Below are positions 1-10,136 of a stretch of 64,000 nt of DNA, one piece after another (the stretch's first letter is position 1; the number at the start of each line of letters is the position of its first letter). The notes below the pieces were generated by a model, which was not told the DNA's origin, searched no databases, and saw only the letters and a program-made list of their open reading frames with translations. The stretch spans positions 10,956 through 74,955 of the forward strand of contig JAYWGM010000086.1 of the NCBI GenBank assembly GCA_043778225.1. The letters are read 5' to 3'. Source of the stretch: Deinococcales bacterium. Its GTDB lineage: Bacteria > Deinococcota > Deinococci > Deinococcales > JAAFIG01. The position numbers and the translations under genes are program-made.

Positions 1-642
1 AATTCAAATGAATCATCTCAATGGGTCATTATGGAATACCGCAGACGTCTTTCTGCTAATCTTTACTATGACTTAGCTCCCTTCACGACCAGCTTTGACA
101 TTCCGGGAGTCGGTACAATGACATCAGGTGCTTTGGTTTCTGGTTTGATTCTTGGACCAGTTGTTCCCACTCGCTGGAGAGATGCAGGCTGTGACCTAAA
201 CGCTGCTGGTGTGTTTGATCCTGTTATGACCAATTGGATTTGCGAAAAGATTAATCGTGCAGATACATCGCCAACCGCTCCAAAATACCCTAGCCCAGAC
301 CCAGACCCAAGACCAACAAACCAAGAATCACCAACATCTTTACCCGCCATTGCCAAAGGTTCGGATGGCTCATTTGATTTGGTACGTTTCAGCGCTCGTA
401 TGGCAGCTACAGTTCGTTGGATCAACGATAGCACGCCGCGTGGCACTTCAAGAATCTTGGTTGAAAATATCAGACCGACAGATGGCTTTTCAGTCGAATT
501 TACCACTGCTGGAATGGATGAACGCGGCGCAACTGAGGTACGTTTGCGTTTGCAGGGTGAACTGAATCGAGGTGGTCAGCCAGTCCGATTCCCAGCCCAG
601 CCACTCGAGTTTTTTTCTACACCTCGCAATATCGCACCATAG
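1..642 (+). CDS. Hypothetical protein, 5'-truncated by the window edge
   Basis: Frame of the 31..642 ORF is open back to base 1; Pro-rich linker; followed by a terminator. Confidence 0.6.
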   Translation, partial: NSNESSQWVIMEYRRRLSANLYYDLAPFTTSFDIPGVGTMTSGALVSGLILGPVVPTRWRDAGCDLNAAGVFDPVMTNWICEKINRADTSPTAPKYPSPDPDPRPTNQESPTSLPAIAKGSDGSFDLVRFSARMAATVRWINDSTPRGTSRILVENIRPTDGFSVEFTTAGMDERGATEVRLRLQGELNRGGQPVRFPAQPLEFFSTPRNIAP

Positions 643-654
643 GATAGAGCTAGT

Positions 655-683
655 AAAAAAGGCAGCCATATGGCTGCCTTTTT
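655..683. terminator. Bidirectional intrinsic terminator
   Basis: AAAAAA-GGCAGCC-ATAT-GGCTGCC-TTTTT between convergent genes. Confidence 0.85.
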
Positions 684-693
684 CATTACCTAC

Positions 694-2214
694 TCAGCGT
701 GGCATCGCCGTAAACCCAGCCAAACACATCTCGTCTCGAGTCCCTTCACCCCAAACGGTGTAGCGTGGCTCGAGTTGCTTTCCATCCAAATACGGTTGGT
801 TTTCTGGGCTGTTATCCCAAGTGCAAGTCAGCCGCACCACATCGCCCTTAGAAACTTCGATGGGAGTCTGCAAAGCATAGCCGCTCTGCCAGTGGAAATC
901 CCAGCGTGGAATATCAAGCAACACTTGGCGGTTTTTGTTAGGGTTTAACTCGAGCTTAATCGATTTACCAAGTAAGTGCATATGCCCTTGAACCCGCAAA
1001 ATACTGCGGTCGGCAGTCACAGGAAATTCGCATTGGGTGGTGGTGATACCATTTTCGTGCTTGGGCTGTTTTTGGCAGTAAGTCAGCAACAAGCCGCTTT
1101 TGAGAGCATTGGTCAGTTCGGGTTCTTGGTAATTTTCAACACTTTTGTAAGCCGCATCTCGAGAACAGGGGTTTTTTGGGTCGCTCGAGATTCCACTTGG
1201 GCAAGCCACCTCGACTGGTGATAAAAATAAACTCCCGCGCAAGCCCGTCATTTTTGCGCCTTTTGGTGCAAGGTTGAGTTTAGCCACAGTTCGGTCTGTG
1301 CCTTTTCCAGCCAATAAATTGTAATGCACTTGAAGCACCAGCACTGTGCCGGGTTTCATCGAAATTCCTGTGCCGCTTGGGTACTGTACGCCGCCAGCTG
1401 TGCCGGGAACCCAGTTACCCATGATGCTAAAGCCCATGCCGCTTGTGCCGCCACCAATCCGAATCGGCACACCGGGTCCGCCAAAGCACTCGTAGCCACC
1501 ACGACCATCGGCAGCGTTTTCGAGTTTACGCAATTCAGGAACCATCTGTGGTTCGACCGTAAAAATAATCACATGATGCACCATTTTTTTGTTTTCTGGC
1601 ACGATGTCGTAGCCCGTGATAAAGCGCTCGCCATCCAGTTTAGGGTCAACCACAAAGCAACGGTACTCGTCGGAATAATCAGATTTAGGCGTAAAATCCT
1701 TGCCAATGTCCATGGTCAAATCGGCATTTTGAATACGGCTGGTTGGCAGGACTCGAGGTTTGGCATCGGTGGTTTTACCCAAGGGTGCGCCAGCCCATGC
1801 CCAATTTGCCAAAATCGCAATTTCGTTGTCGCTTAGTTTGGTTTCGTCTTTAAATTTCGGGCTTTCGCCGCCGGGCATCCATGGTGGCATCTTTTTATTT
1901 TGCACCGCAAATTGCGAAGCTCGAGCATACTTGACTGCATCTTGGGGATTCTCGAGGCTAAATGGCGCAATACTGCCTTGACTATGGCAACCGAGGCAGT
2001 TCTTATCTAAAATTGGCTGGACATCGCGGTAATAGGTTGGCACATAGCTCAGGAGCGGCGGTTGGGTTTGCTGCATCCGCACAGGTTCAAAAACATTGTG
2101 GTGTCCTCGAGTGCGGGTTTCGCTGACCAAACTGTTTTGGACACTGAGGGTTCGAGCGGCAAAAGCGCCTCCCAAGAGGACGGCTACAGCAATCAACCAT
2201 TTTGGCTTTATCAT
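694..2214 (-). CDS. Secreted copper type II ascorbate-dependent monooxygenase-like protein with N-terminal CxxCH heme motif
   Basis: Signal peptide, CLGCH, MPPW, copper-ligand motifs VHH, VHY, HMH, EMC; start taken at MIKPKW. Confidence 0.75.
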   Translation of the reverse strand: MIKPKWLIAVAVLLGGAFAARTLSVQNSLVSETRTRGHHNVFEPVRMQQTQPPLLSYVPTYYRDVQPILDKNCLGCHSQGSIAPFSLENPQDAVKYARASQFAVQNKKMPPWMPGGESPKFKDETKLSDNEIAILANWAWAGAPLGKTTDAKPRVLPTSRIQNADLTMDIGKDFTPKSDYSDEYRCFVVDPKLDGERFITGYDIVPENKKMVHHVIIFTVEPQMVPELRKLENAADGRGGYECFGGPGVPIRIGGGTSGMGFSIMGNWVPGTAGGVQYPSGTGISMKPGTVLVLQVHYNLLAGKGTDRTVAKLNLAPKGAKMTGLRGSLFLSPVEVACPSGISSDPKNPCSRDAAYKSVENYQEPELTNALKSGLLLTYCQKQPKHENGITTTQCEFPVTADRSILRVQGHMHLLGKSIKLELNPNKNRQVLLDIPRWDFHWQSGYALQTPIEVSKGDVVRLTCTWDNSPENQPYLDGKQLEPRYTVWGEGTRDEMCLAGFTAMPR

Positions 2215-2278
2215 TTTGTTAGCGTACAACCAATTTGTCAGATTTGAATGTGAGCAGTAGATGATTTAAGCCCAAACA

Positions 2279-2986
2279 TTAACTTAGGGCGGCAATCAGC
2301 ACCGCCACCTCGGCAATTTCGACAATCGCCCCGTAGACATCGCCGCTAATGCCACCATTTAAGCGGCTTGCGGCAAACCACGCCACGCCAAGGGCTGCCA
2401 GCACCGCTACGACTGCCAGCTTGGGCGCAAGCAGCACCGCCGGCAGAGCAATCAAAAAGCCAACCCGCCAATTGCCTTCTCTCGAGCGTGCGCCAAGGCT
2501 TTCGGCTCGAGCGGCTGGAAAGAGGTTCATCGGGATTAACAAAGCGGCTCGAGCCAAAACGGGCGCAAGTAAAAGCGGCAGCCAAGCCTCGAGACTGCTC
2601 AGAGCGCTCCATTTGAGTAAAATATGCACTGCCCCAACGCCCAAGCCAAACGCGCCCATGTGGACATCCGATAAAATCTCGAGCCGTTGGGCTGGGGGCT
2701 TTGCCGCCAGAAGCGCATCGCCGCAATCCACCAAGCCATCAAAGTGCAGCATTCCGGTCAAGGCAAACCAGACCGCCAGCACCAAGGCGGCTGATACCGC
2801 ACTGGGTAAGCTCGAGACCAACAACCAAGTCAGGCAGAGCAACCCACCCAACGTCCAGCCAACGGCTGGATAATAGCCACTGGCATTTTGAAATTCGCCA
2901 GCTTTGACTTCACCCACGTGCGGCAGGGGCAAGGTGCTTAAAAAAGTATGGGCGAGGTGCAAGCCACGGATGATGCTCGAGTTCAC
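2279..2986 (-). CDS. cobS: Adenosylcobinamide-GDP ribazoletransferase (cobalamin synthase)
   Basis: TGMLHFDGLVDCGD, DVHMGAFG, GGISGDVYGA motifs; multi-TM. Confidence 0.9.
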   Translation of the reverse strand: MNSSIIRGLHLAHTFLSTLPLPHVGEVKAGEFQNASGYYPAVGWTLGGLLCLTWLLVSSLPSAVSAALVLAVWFALTGMLHFDGLVDCGDALLAAKPPAQRLEILSDVHMGAFGLGVGAVHILLKWSALSSLEAWLPLLLAPVLARAALLIPMNLFPAARAESLGARSREGNWRVGFLIALPAVLLAPKLAVVAVLAALGVAWFAASRLNGGISGDVYGAIVEIAEVAVLIAALS

Positions 2987-3097
2987 GGTTTATTCTAGCT
3001 GGATTTGTCGCAGCCCGTCTTTTATGGGTAGAATCTTGCTGTTCATTAAAGTAGGGGACTTAGGGGTTTTCGCCATTCTTTCTTTTGGAGGTCGTTT

Positions 3098-4255
3098 GTG
3101 AATGTGATTTTCTTATCCCCGCATTTTCCACCCAACTTTAGGCATTTTGTGCGTGGTCTACGTGAGGCGGGCGCAACCGTGCTGGGCTTGGGCGATGAGC
3201 CTTTTGATAACCTTCATTCGGATTTACGCGGCAAATTTCATGAGTATTACCGTGTGTCCGACATGGATAATTACGATGCCTTGGTGCGCGGCATGGGGCA
3301 TCTGACTTTCAAGTGGGGCAAAATAGACCACCTCGACAGCCTCAACGAACACTGGCTCGAGACCGAAGCAGCTATTCGCACCGATTTTAATATTGCTGGC
3401 ATTCAACTCGATTGGATTGGCAACATCAAACGCAAATCACAAATGAAACAGCGTTTCAGAGAAGCGGGCGTAGCCGTGGCTCGAGGCGAAGTTTGCACCA
3501 CTCCCGAAGCCGCCAAAGCCTTTATCCAAACCGTGGGCTATCCGATTGTTGCTAAGCCAGATATTGGAGTTGGCGCAGCCAAAACCTATAAAATTAACGA
3601 TGACTTTGAACTTGAGTTTTATCTGCGCGATAAACTGCCCGTAGATTATATTCTCGAGGAATTTATCAAAGGCGATATTGTCACCTTTGATGGTCTGACC
3701 GACAAAAACGGCGAGGTCTTATTTCTTGCCAGCCATCGTTACTCGAGGGGCGTGATGGAAACCGTCAACGAAGATGGCGATATTTATTATCATTCCGAGC
3801 GAATCATCCCGCCAAGTTTAATGCAAGCCGGTATGGCATCCCTAAAAGCCTTTGATGTCCGCGCACGATTTTTTCACCTCGAGTTTTTTGAGATAGACGG
3901 CGCAATCACTGCCCTCGAAGCCAATATCCGCCCGCCGGGTGGTTTGACTGTCGATATGTTTAATTATGCCAACGACATGGATGTCTACCAAGAATGGGCA
4001 AACTTGATTGTTAAAGGCGAATTTAAGGCAAAAGCTGACCGCCCATATCACACCGTTTATGTGGGGCGCAAAGACCACTTGCACTATCAACTCGAGCATG
4101 GCGCAGTTCTCGAGCAGTACAAACATCTGGTCTGTCATCACGAACGAATCATGAGCATTTTTAGCCGAGCGATTGGCAATTATGGTTATATTTTGCGCTG
4201 CCCAGACCTCGAGCCACTTTTGGCGGCGGCTGAAGCGATGATTGCCAAGCGGTAA
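3098..4255 (+). CDS. ATP-grasp domain protein
   Basis: FLSPHFP, VAKPDIGVGAAKT, EEFI, FFHLEFF, EANIRPPGG. Confidence 0.85.
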   Translation: MNVIFLSPHFPPNFRHFVRGLREAGATVLGLGDEPFDNLHSDLRGKFHEYYRVSDMDNYDALVRGMGHLTFKWGKIDHLDSLNEHWLETEAAIRTDFNIAGIQLDWIGNIKRKSQMKQRFREAGVAVARGEVCTTPEAAKAFIQTVGYPIVAKPDIGVGAAKTYKINDDFELEFYLRDKLPVDYILEEFIKGDIVTFDGLTDKNGEVLFLASHRYSRGVMETVNEDGDIYYHSERIIPPSLMQAGMASLKAFDVRARFFHLEFFEIDGAITALEANIRPPGGLTVDMFNYANDMDVYQEWANLIVKGEFKAKADRPYHTVYVGRKDHLHYQLEHGAVLEQYKHLVCHHERIMSIFSRAIGNYGYILRCPDLEPLLAAAEAMIAKR

Positions 4256-4333
4256 AAGCAGCCATGAGAAAACCTAAGGCTTGAGACTCAAAGCTCAAAA
4301 GCCCAAATCCCATCACCACTTACGAGGTTTTTT

Positions 4334-5065
4334 ATGAAAATTGAACATCACCAATGGTTTTCAAACCACCTTGGACACGATATGCACTTTAAGGTTTATG
4401 GGCATTTCGGGCAACCCATTTTGGTTTTTCCGGCTCAAGAAGGGCGTTATCACGATTATGAAGCCTTTAAGATGATTGAAGCCTGTTCAGCCTTGATTAA
4501 GGCTGGGCGAGTCAAATTTATCTGTATTGACAGCGTGGATTGGCAAACATGGACCAATAAAGGGGTTCATCCTGCCGAGCGGGCGCGGCGGCATGGCGAT
4601 TACGAAAAATATGTGATTAACGAAGTCGTGCCATGGATACAAAACAACACCGGTTTAGCCACCACTTGGGCGACTGGTTGCAGCATGGGGGCATTGCACG
4701 CCACTAATTTTTTCCTCAAACGCCCCGATGTTTTTGATGGTTTGATAGCCTTGTCTGGTTTGTACAGTATGCAGAGTTTTATTGGTGATTACGGCGATGA
4801 CAACACCTTTTATAACAGCCCATTGCAGTATTTACCAAATTTATCTGACCCGTGGCATCTCGAGCATTATCGCCGTGCCAAAATTGTTTTTGCAGTCGGG
4901 CAGGGCAACTGGGAAGTCGAAGCGATTGCCGATACCCAAGGAATGCAGCAACTACTGGCTTCCAAGGGTGTACCCGCATGGTTTGATTATTGGGGCTATG
5001 ATGTGCCGCACGACTGGACTTCGTGGCGCAAAATGATGCCGTATTTTCTCGAGAAAATTTTATAA
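4334..5065 (+). CDS. Putative esterase (alpha/beta hydrolase fold)
   Basis: YGHFG, GCSMG nucleophile elbow, HDW. Confidence 0.85.
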   Translation: MKIEHHQWFSNHLGHDMHFKVYGHFGQPILVFPAQEGRYHDYEAFKMIEACSALIKAGRVKFICIDSVDWQTWTNKGVHPAERARRHGDYEKYVINEVVPWIQNNTGLATTWATGCSMGALHATNFFLKRPDVFDGLIALSGLYSMQSFIGDYGDDNTFYNSPLQYLPNLSDPWHLEHYRRAKIVFAVGQGNWEVEAIADTQGMQQLLASKGVPAWFDYWGYDVPHDWTSWRKMMPYFLEKIL

Positions 5066-5091
5066 AGGGCGAGGCAATCTGCCCTAGGAGA

Positions 5092-5472
5092 TTACTCGGC
5101 AATCACTTCAATTTCGACCAAACAAGACTTGGGTAATTCACGCACTGCAACTGTGGTGCGGGCTGGATATGGCGCAGCAAATTTTGTGGCATAGACGGCA
5201 TTCATGGCAGCAAAATTTGCCATGTCCGACAAGTAGACATTGCACTTAAAAACATCATCTAGGGTCTTGCCAGTTGCCTCAAGAACAGCTTTGATGTTCT
5301 TAAAAACTTGCTCGGCTTGTTCGGTCACACCACCAGCCACCAGTTCGCCCGTGGCTGGGTCTATTGGGGTCTGACCTGAGCAGTAAATCAAACCGCTTTT
5401 GGTGCGAACACCTTGAGAATAAGGTCCAATGGCGGCGGGTGCGTTGGCAGAAGCAAAAGTATCTCTGGGCAT
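5092..5472 (-). CDS. RidA family (YjgF/YER057c/UK114) reactive intermediate deaminase
   Basis: APAAIGPYSQ, SGQTPID, PARTTV, VEIE; GGAGGA RBS before MPRDTF. Confidence 0.9.
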   Translation of the reverse strand: MPRDTFASANAPAAIGPYSQGVRTKSGLIYCSGQTPIDPATGELVAGGVTEQAEQVFKNIKAVLEATGKTLDDVFKCNVYLSDMANFAAMNAVYATKFAAPYPARTTVAVRELPKSCLVEIEVIAE

Positions 5473-5498
5473 GGGTAAATCCTCCAATAGAGAGTCTA

Positions 5499-6893
5499 TC
5501 AGTTTAAGGTTCTCGATTGACCGGGGGTCAGCAGTTGTCTGGCACGTTCGATATAGCCTTCTAAGGTGATTGCCCATTCATCGGCTGGCTCGAGGTGCGG
5601 CAGGGCTAAACTGGCATGGTGCAGAATTCTTTCGGGGCTGCGCCAACCGAGTTGCACCAGTGTATCGGCGGTCATTTGGTTGGCAATCACCCAATCGCGG
5701 CTGGCTTCTGGGGCGTTCTCGAGGGCGCGGGCATAGTGGTCTAAGGCTTCGTCGAGGCGATAATACTCGTAAGCAAGGTTTGCCAACAATAAACTGGCTG
5801 GAATAACTGCGCCCATCTCGAGCGCGATTTTGGCGGCGCTTTCGGCTTGGTCAAAATTGCCAAGGCGGTACTCGAGTTCAGCAAGGTCGGCATGGATTTC
5901 GGCTTTGTGCGGGTAACTGACCTCGCTTAAAGCCCGTTGTAAACTCTGGCGTGAATCCTCGGACAAATTAGCATCCATTTGGGCTAAACCCAGTTCGTGT
6001 AGCGCAAAACCTCGGTCTGGCTCTTGGGCAAGTATCACGGCTCGTTCAAAGGCTGGAATGGCTTGTGTCCAATCCTCGAGTGCGGCAAGACTTTGGGCTA
6101 AAACCAAGGTGACTGGAAAACTGGCTTCGCCGATACTGGTTTCAAGCGCCACTGCCAACTCGGAGCGCTGTTTTGCCAGCCGTGGATTCTCGAGCATCAG
6201 GTGCGCTCGGGCTTCGAGGTGCAATCGGGCGGCGGCATCCAAAGGAAATTCCATACCAAACAGCGCTGCTTGGCTTTCCTCGAGTGCCAAAAGGGCTTCG
6301 TGCGGTTCTTCGAGGTCTAAAAGCATGGCGGCTTTGTCTTGCAATAAACTGGCTTTGTCTGCCCCAGTTGCCCCCAACGAGGCTTGCTGATACGCCAAGC
6401 TGGCATCGCGCCACCGCCCCAATTCCTCGAGCGCCCCACCGCGCCACGACCACGCCCGCCACTGCAAATAGCTGGGTAAATCGTTCAGTGCTTCCAGAAC
6501 CGCCAAACCAAGTTCGGCTTCGCCAAGCGAGACCAAGGCACTGCCAGCATAAAACCGCGCCGTCTGGCTACCATTCGAGCCAAGCCGTGCCAATTCGATG
6601 GCTTTAAGTCGCGCTGGTTCGTCGGGCTGGATAAAATCTTCTAAACCAAACGCTAAGCTGTTGGCTTTCAGTGCCAAGTACAGTGCATCCGACTGTAATT
6701 CTGGTTCTATTTGCTCGAGACAACGGCTTAATCCTTCTGCGCCACCAACCCCAAAGAGCGTATAAACTGCCGCCAACTCGAGCGCCAATACTGACTCCTC
6801 GCGTCGGTCACGCGAACGCTGCAAGGCACGTTCCAAGACCGAAAAAGCCAATTCAAAATCGTTGTTTTCTAAAGCGCTTTGGACTTGGGTCAT
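5499..6893 (-). CDS. Tetratricopeptide repeat protein
   Basis: Ala/Leu-rich helical repeats with TPR spacing. Confidence 0.7.
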   Translation of the reverse strand: MTQVQSALENNDFELAFSVLERALQRSRDRREESVLALELAAVYTLFGVGGAEGLSRCLEQIEPELQSDALYLALKANSLAFGLEDFIQPDEPARLKAIELARLGSNGSQTARFYAGSALVSLGEAELGLAVLEALNDLPSYLQWRAWSWRGGALEELGRWRDASLAYQQASLGATGADKASLLQDKAAMLLDLEEPHEALLALEESQAALFGMEFPLDAAARLHLEARAHLMLENPRLAKQRSELAVALETSIGEASFPVTLVLAQSLAALEDWTQAIPAFERAVILAQEPDRGFALHELGLAQMDANLSEDSRQSLQRALSEVSYPHKAEIHADLAELEYRLGNFDQAESAAKIALEMGAVIPASLLLANLAYEYYRLDEALDHYARALENAPEASRDWVIANQMTADTLVQLGWRSPERILHHASLALPHLEPADEWAITLEGYIERARQLLTPGQSRTLN

Positions 6894-6920
6894 GCGAGCC
6901 AGAGAATACCAAAAAGCAGG

Positions 6921-7022
6921 GGTTAAAAGGGAAAAAGGTTAAAAGTAAAATTCTGTCTTCACCTTTTACCCTTTTTACCCTTTCACCTTTTTACCCTTTC
7001 TACCCTTTCACCTTTTTACCCT
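6921..7022. repeat. Short tandem purine/pyrimidine repeats (about 8-nt period) in two inverted blocks
   Basis: GGTTAAAAGGGAAAAAGGTTAAAAG followed by repeated (T/C)TTTACCC(T) units. Confidence 0.75.
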
Positions 7023-8287
7023 CAATACTTATACGTGATGGTGTACGAACCTTCAAATTTTTGATTTGGCACAAGGGTGGTGCTGGCATTTAAGCCTTCG
7101 CTTTCGCGGCGCAGGTTGGGTAGGCTAACCGCATCAAGGTTGTAATTGCCGCTTGTGCCTAGATTCTCGCGTAAGCGAATCATGACTGGGCGGTTTTTGG
7201 TGTTGGTCAGGCTAAAAACGACCTTGAATTTAGCAAAAGTATTGGTACGGCTAATCACTTCGGTGGTGCGTAAAAGCCGCAAATCGAAATCTGAGCCGAG
7301 GTATAAATTGGCGCGTTCGGCTTTTGGGGTGTCCGAAACTCGAGCCTGACCAACCACGCGGTTGTCCTCGCGCACCGTCACCACACCGGCGGGTAAATCG
7401 GTTTCGCTCTGGACTCGATACAAGCGCTGCATGGCTAAAACTTGGCGCGGCGCATCGGTAAAAGAACCCGTGTAATCTAAAATTCGCTCGAGCTTGGTGG
7501 ATTTATTCAAGAAAGGCACACTGGTGGTTGTGCCACTGCCCAAAGTGAGGGCTTTGGGATACTTGAAAATTTGCAAACCAGCACTTTCGCCAATTGCCTC
7601 GACACTATTGACCGAATCGGCTCGAGCCACATTGAGGTTTTGGGCTTGATTCGATTGAAAATTCTGGTTTTGTTGCCCAGACTCGAGGTTAATCTGTCCA
7701 GCCACCAAGGTGATTTCTGGCACGTTATAAGGTGTTGCGCCAGCATTTCGTAAGTCTGCCCAAGCAGTTAAACGCCCAGTATCGCCCACAACATTGAGGG
7801 TGTAACGTGGCGACCAAGTAAGCGCTCTGGTGAGGTAGCTTAGGTTTGATTTGCCACCCGCCCCAGCAAATTGCCACTGGTAGGTCGGTTCAAAACGCAC
7901 CCCCTCGAGACTTGGGAAAATCACTTGACTGGCATCCAATTGGCGGTACTGCCCAGCAATTTCAAACAAACCAAGGTCAGCCCGAATCACAATGGCTTTA
8001 ACAATGCGGTTGTCCTCGATTCTGACCATCACTTCTTTGCCCTCAAAAAATTTAAGGAGATTGCTGATGCCCGGCAGTAAAGTCAAAGACTGCACTTCGG
8101 AATACTCGAGTTCAAGGCTACCGGGAATCAAAAACTGCGCGAGGTCGGGGGTCGGAGTCCACTCGAATTTGTTGCCAGTTAAGGTAACAGGACTGCGAAC
8201 CTCGGCAAAGTTATAAGAAACCGTTAATTCTTGGGCGGCGGCACTCGAGAGTCCAAAAGCAAGCAAGGTCGCAAAAGTCTTTTTCAT
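7022..8287 (-). CDS. Secreted DUF4139-like protein
   Basis: Signal peptide MKKTFATLL; LSYLTRALTWSPRY and LPAGVVTV motifs. Confidence 0.7.
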   Translation of the reverse strand: MKKTFATLLAFGLSSAAAQELTVSYNFAEVRSPVTLTGNKFEWTPTPDLAQFLIPGSLELEYSEVQSLTLLPGISNLLKFFEGKEVMVRIEDNRIVKAIVIRADLGLFEIAGQYRQLDASQVIFPSLEGVRFEPTYQWQFAGAGGKSNLSYLTRALTWSPRYTLNVVGDTGRLTAWADLRNAGATPYNVPEITLVAGQINLESGQQNQNFQSNQAQNLNVARADSVNSVEAIGESAGLQIFKYPKALTLGSGTTTSVPFLNKSTKLERILDYTGSFTDAPRQVLAMQRLYRVQSETDLPAGVVTVREDNRVVGQARVSDTPKAERANLYLGSDFDLRLLRTTEVISRTNTFAKFKVVFSLTNTKNRPVMIRLRENLGTSGNYNLDAVSLPNLRRESEGLNASTTLVPNQKFEGSYTITYKY

Positions 8288-8352
8288 GGTGTAAAGCCTA
8301 AAACGCGGCTTGATGAGGAGCAAGCCAAATGTTTAAGCCAAACTTAACCTAT

Positions 8353-8453
8353 CCGCGCATAGTACGAACTTGCTTAAACCCGTGCATAGTACGAACTTGC
8401 TTAAACCCGCGCATAGTACGAACTTGCTTAAACCCGTGCATAGTACGAACTTG
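8353..8453. repeat. Four tandem 27-bp copies of the 3' end of the PrsW gene
   Basis: GCATAGTACGAACTTG at 8357, 8384, 8411, 8438. Confidence 0.95.
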
Positions 8454-9057
8454 TCAAACGCCACATCACAATCATTAAGCCAGCAAATGGCAAGAGCAGC
8501 CACTCGAGTCCAGTGCTGCTGCCAGCCCCGAGCAACAAAAAATTGAAAACCGTGTGCAACAAAGCAGCCAACAACCAACCACGGCGCAGCAAAAAACGCC
8601 CTGTGCTAAAACGTCGTAAGCTCATGGCATAGCCCCAAGCCCCAGCAAATAAAATATGCCCAAGGGTCGAAATCGGACCACGAATCAGAATCAGGCTTGC
8701 GCCATGCTCGAGTAAATAAAAAGCATTCTCGAGGGTCGCAAAACCCAGTGCGGCAGCCGTGGCATAAATTAAGCCATCTATGGGTTCGTCGAATTCGCGG
8801 CGTTTGGCAACCGACAACGCCGCCAGCAATTTACAACCTTCTTCGATGATGCCGACACAAAAAAACATTGCGGTGCTGCCCAAGGTACTCGAGATACCCA
8901 ATTCTAAAAGCGCCGCCGGAATGACCATCGCCATACCCCAAGCAAAGGTTCGTAAGACCAGCCAAGTTGGTTCGGGATTGCGGTCGCGGCGGGCAAAAAA
9001 CCAAAACCAGAACAGCGCAGGAGCAAGTGCCAAGGCAAAAAGGGCTGCAAAATTCAT
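8428..9057 (-). CDS. PrsW family intramembrane metalloprotease
   Basis: DRNPEP, IEEGCK, GFATLEN, GH, LH-x2-FN motifs. Confidence 0.9.
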   Translation of the reverse strand: MNFAALFALALAPALFWFWFFARRDRNPEPTWLVLRTFAWGMAMVIPAALLELGISSTLGSTAMFFCVGIIEEGCKLLAALSVAKRREFDEPIDGLIYATAAALGFATLENAFYLLEHGASLILIRGPISTLGHILFAGAWGYAMSLRRFSTGRFLLRRGWLLAALLHTVFNFLLLGAGSSTGLEWLLLPFAGLMIVMWRLTSSYYARV

Positions 9058-9086
9058 TGGCTCGCCTCGGGTCTCACGGCTTGAGT

Positions 9087-10067
9087 CTATAATAACTCGA
9101 GGTCAAAAGCGGCTTCTATTGTGCCAACTTCAAAACCAGCATGATTTTTGAGGATTGGACTCCGTAGAGACTCGAGTGCATCTGGGTCGGACAACAGCTT
9201 TAACTGCTCGAGAATTGAAATGATGGCGATGTCTCGAGCGCGTTCTGAGCCATCCTCGATTTTCAGGGCAATTCCAAGATGACCGTGACTCGAGTTGCGA
9301 ACCGCTACCCCAACATATGCCTCTGCGCCAATTTTTGAAATTAAGTTGGCTTGGGTCTGCATCAAAACTGTGTCTGAGCGGTTTGTACCCGCAATTAAAT
9401 GCGGCTGGTTTCGCATCGTGCTAAATGCCAATTCGAGACCATCAGCGTACTCGGTGTTTGGCGCAGCCAGTTTGGACATCGCCAGCGCCGCCTGTTCGAG
9501 CGGCACACGAAAGCACGGCACACTGCATCCATCTGTACCAAGCCCGATGTCGGGGGTCTCAAAGCAAGTTCTAATGACGCTAAGAATTTCTTGTTGCAAT
9601 GGATGTTCGGGCAAATAATAGCCTTCTATCGGTAAGCCTTTGACCAAGCACGCCGCCAGCATGGCAGCGTGCTTACCACTGCAATTATTTTGCAGCACAC
9701 TTGGTTTTAAGCCAATCACCCGCATTTCTTTACGGGCTTCGGGGTCAAATGGCGCGTGAATCCCACATTTGAGCCAAGCCGAATCCACGCCACCTCGAGC
9801 CAGCAATTCCAGCACTGTTTCAACATGAATCGAGTCGCCAGCGTGAGAAGCCATGGCGATGGCTAAATGCCGCTCCTCGAGACCGAGTTGTTGCAAATAT
9901 GGAATGAGTGGCTGAACCTGAAATGCCTTGGCGCTCGAACGCAAAAAACTCGAGAAACGCGGATTACCAACTTGGGCAAGTAAACGCCCTTGGGAAGAAA
10001 CCACCGCCGCATGAACTTTGTGCCGAGACTCGAGCAAACCACCGCGCAAAACATGAACATAAGACAT
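9087..10067 (-). CDS. L-asparaginase II family (Rhizobium AnsA-type)
   Basis: ESRH, RSSAK, ASHAG, NNCSGKH, DGCSVP, SKIGAEA. Confidence 0.9.
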   Translation of the reverse strand: MSYVHVLRGGLLESRHKVHAAVVSSQGRLLAQVGNPRFSSFLRSSAKAFQVQPLIPYLQQLGLEERHLAIAMASHAGDSIHVETVLELLARGGVDSAWLKCGIHAPFDPEARKEMRVIGLKPSVLQNNCSGKHAAMLAACLVKGLPIEGYYLPEHPLQQEILSVIRTCFETPDIGLGTDGCSVPCFRVPLEQAALAMSKLAAPNTEYADGLELAFSTMRNQPHLIAGTNRSDTVLMQTQANLISKIGAEAYVGVAVRNSSHGHLGIALKIEDGSERARDIAIISILEQLKLLSDPDALESLRSPILKNHAGFEVGTIEAAFDLELL

Positions 10068-10099
10068 AAAGCCAGTTTACGTGATATGGGTCAGGACTT

Positions 10100-10130
10100 G
10101 ATTGACATAAATATGTCAATCTGCTAAACT
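10100..10130 (+). promoter_or_regulatory. vapBC promoter with overlapping operator palindrome
   Basis: TTGACA(10102)-17 bp-TAAACT(10125); perfect IR GATTGACATA-AA-TATGTCAATC at 10100-10121. Confidence 0.75.
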
Positions 10131-10136
10131 TTTTAC

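Noticed and set aside
8353..8453. Possible CRISPR array
   Set aside because: Repeats are contiguous with no unique spacers, derive from a gene end, and no cas genes are present
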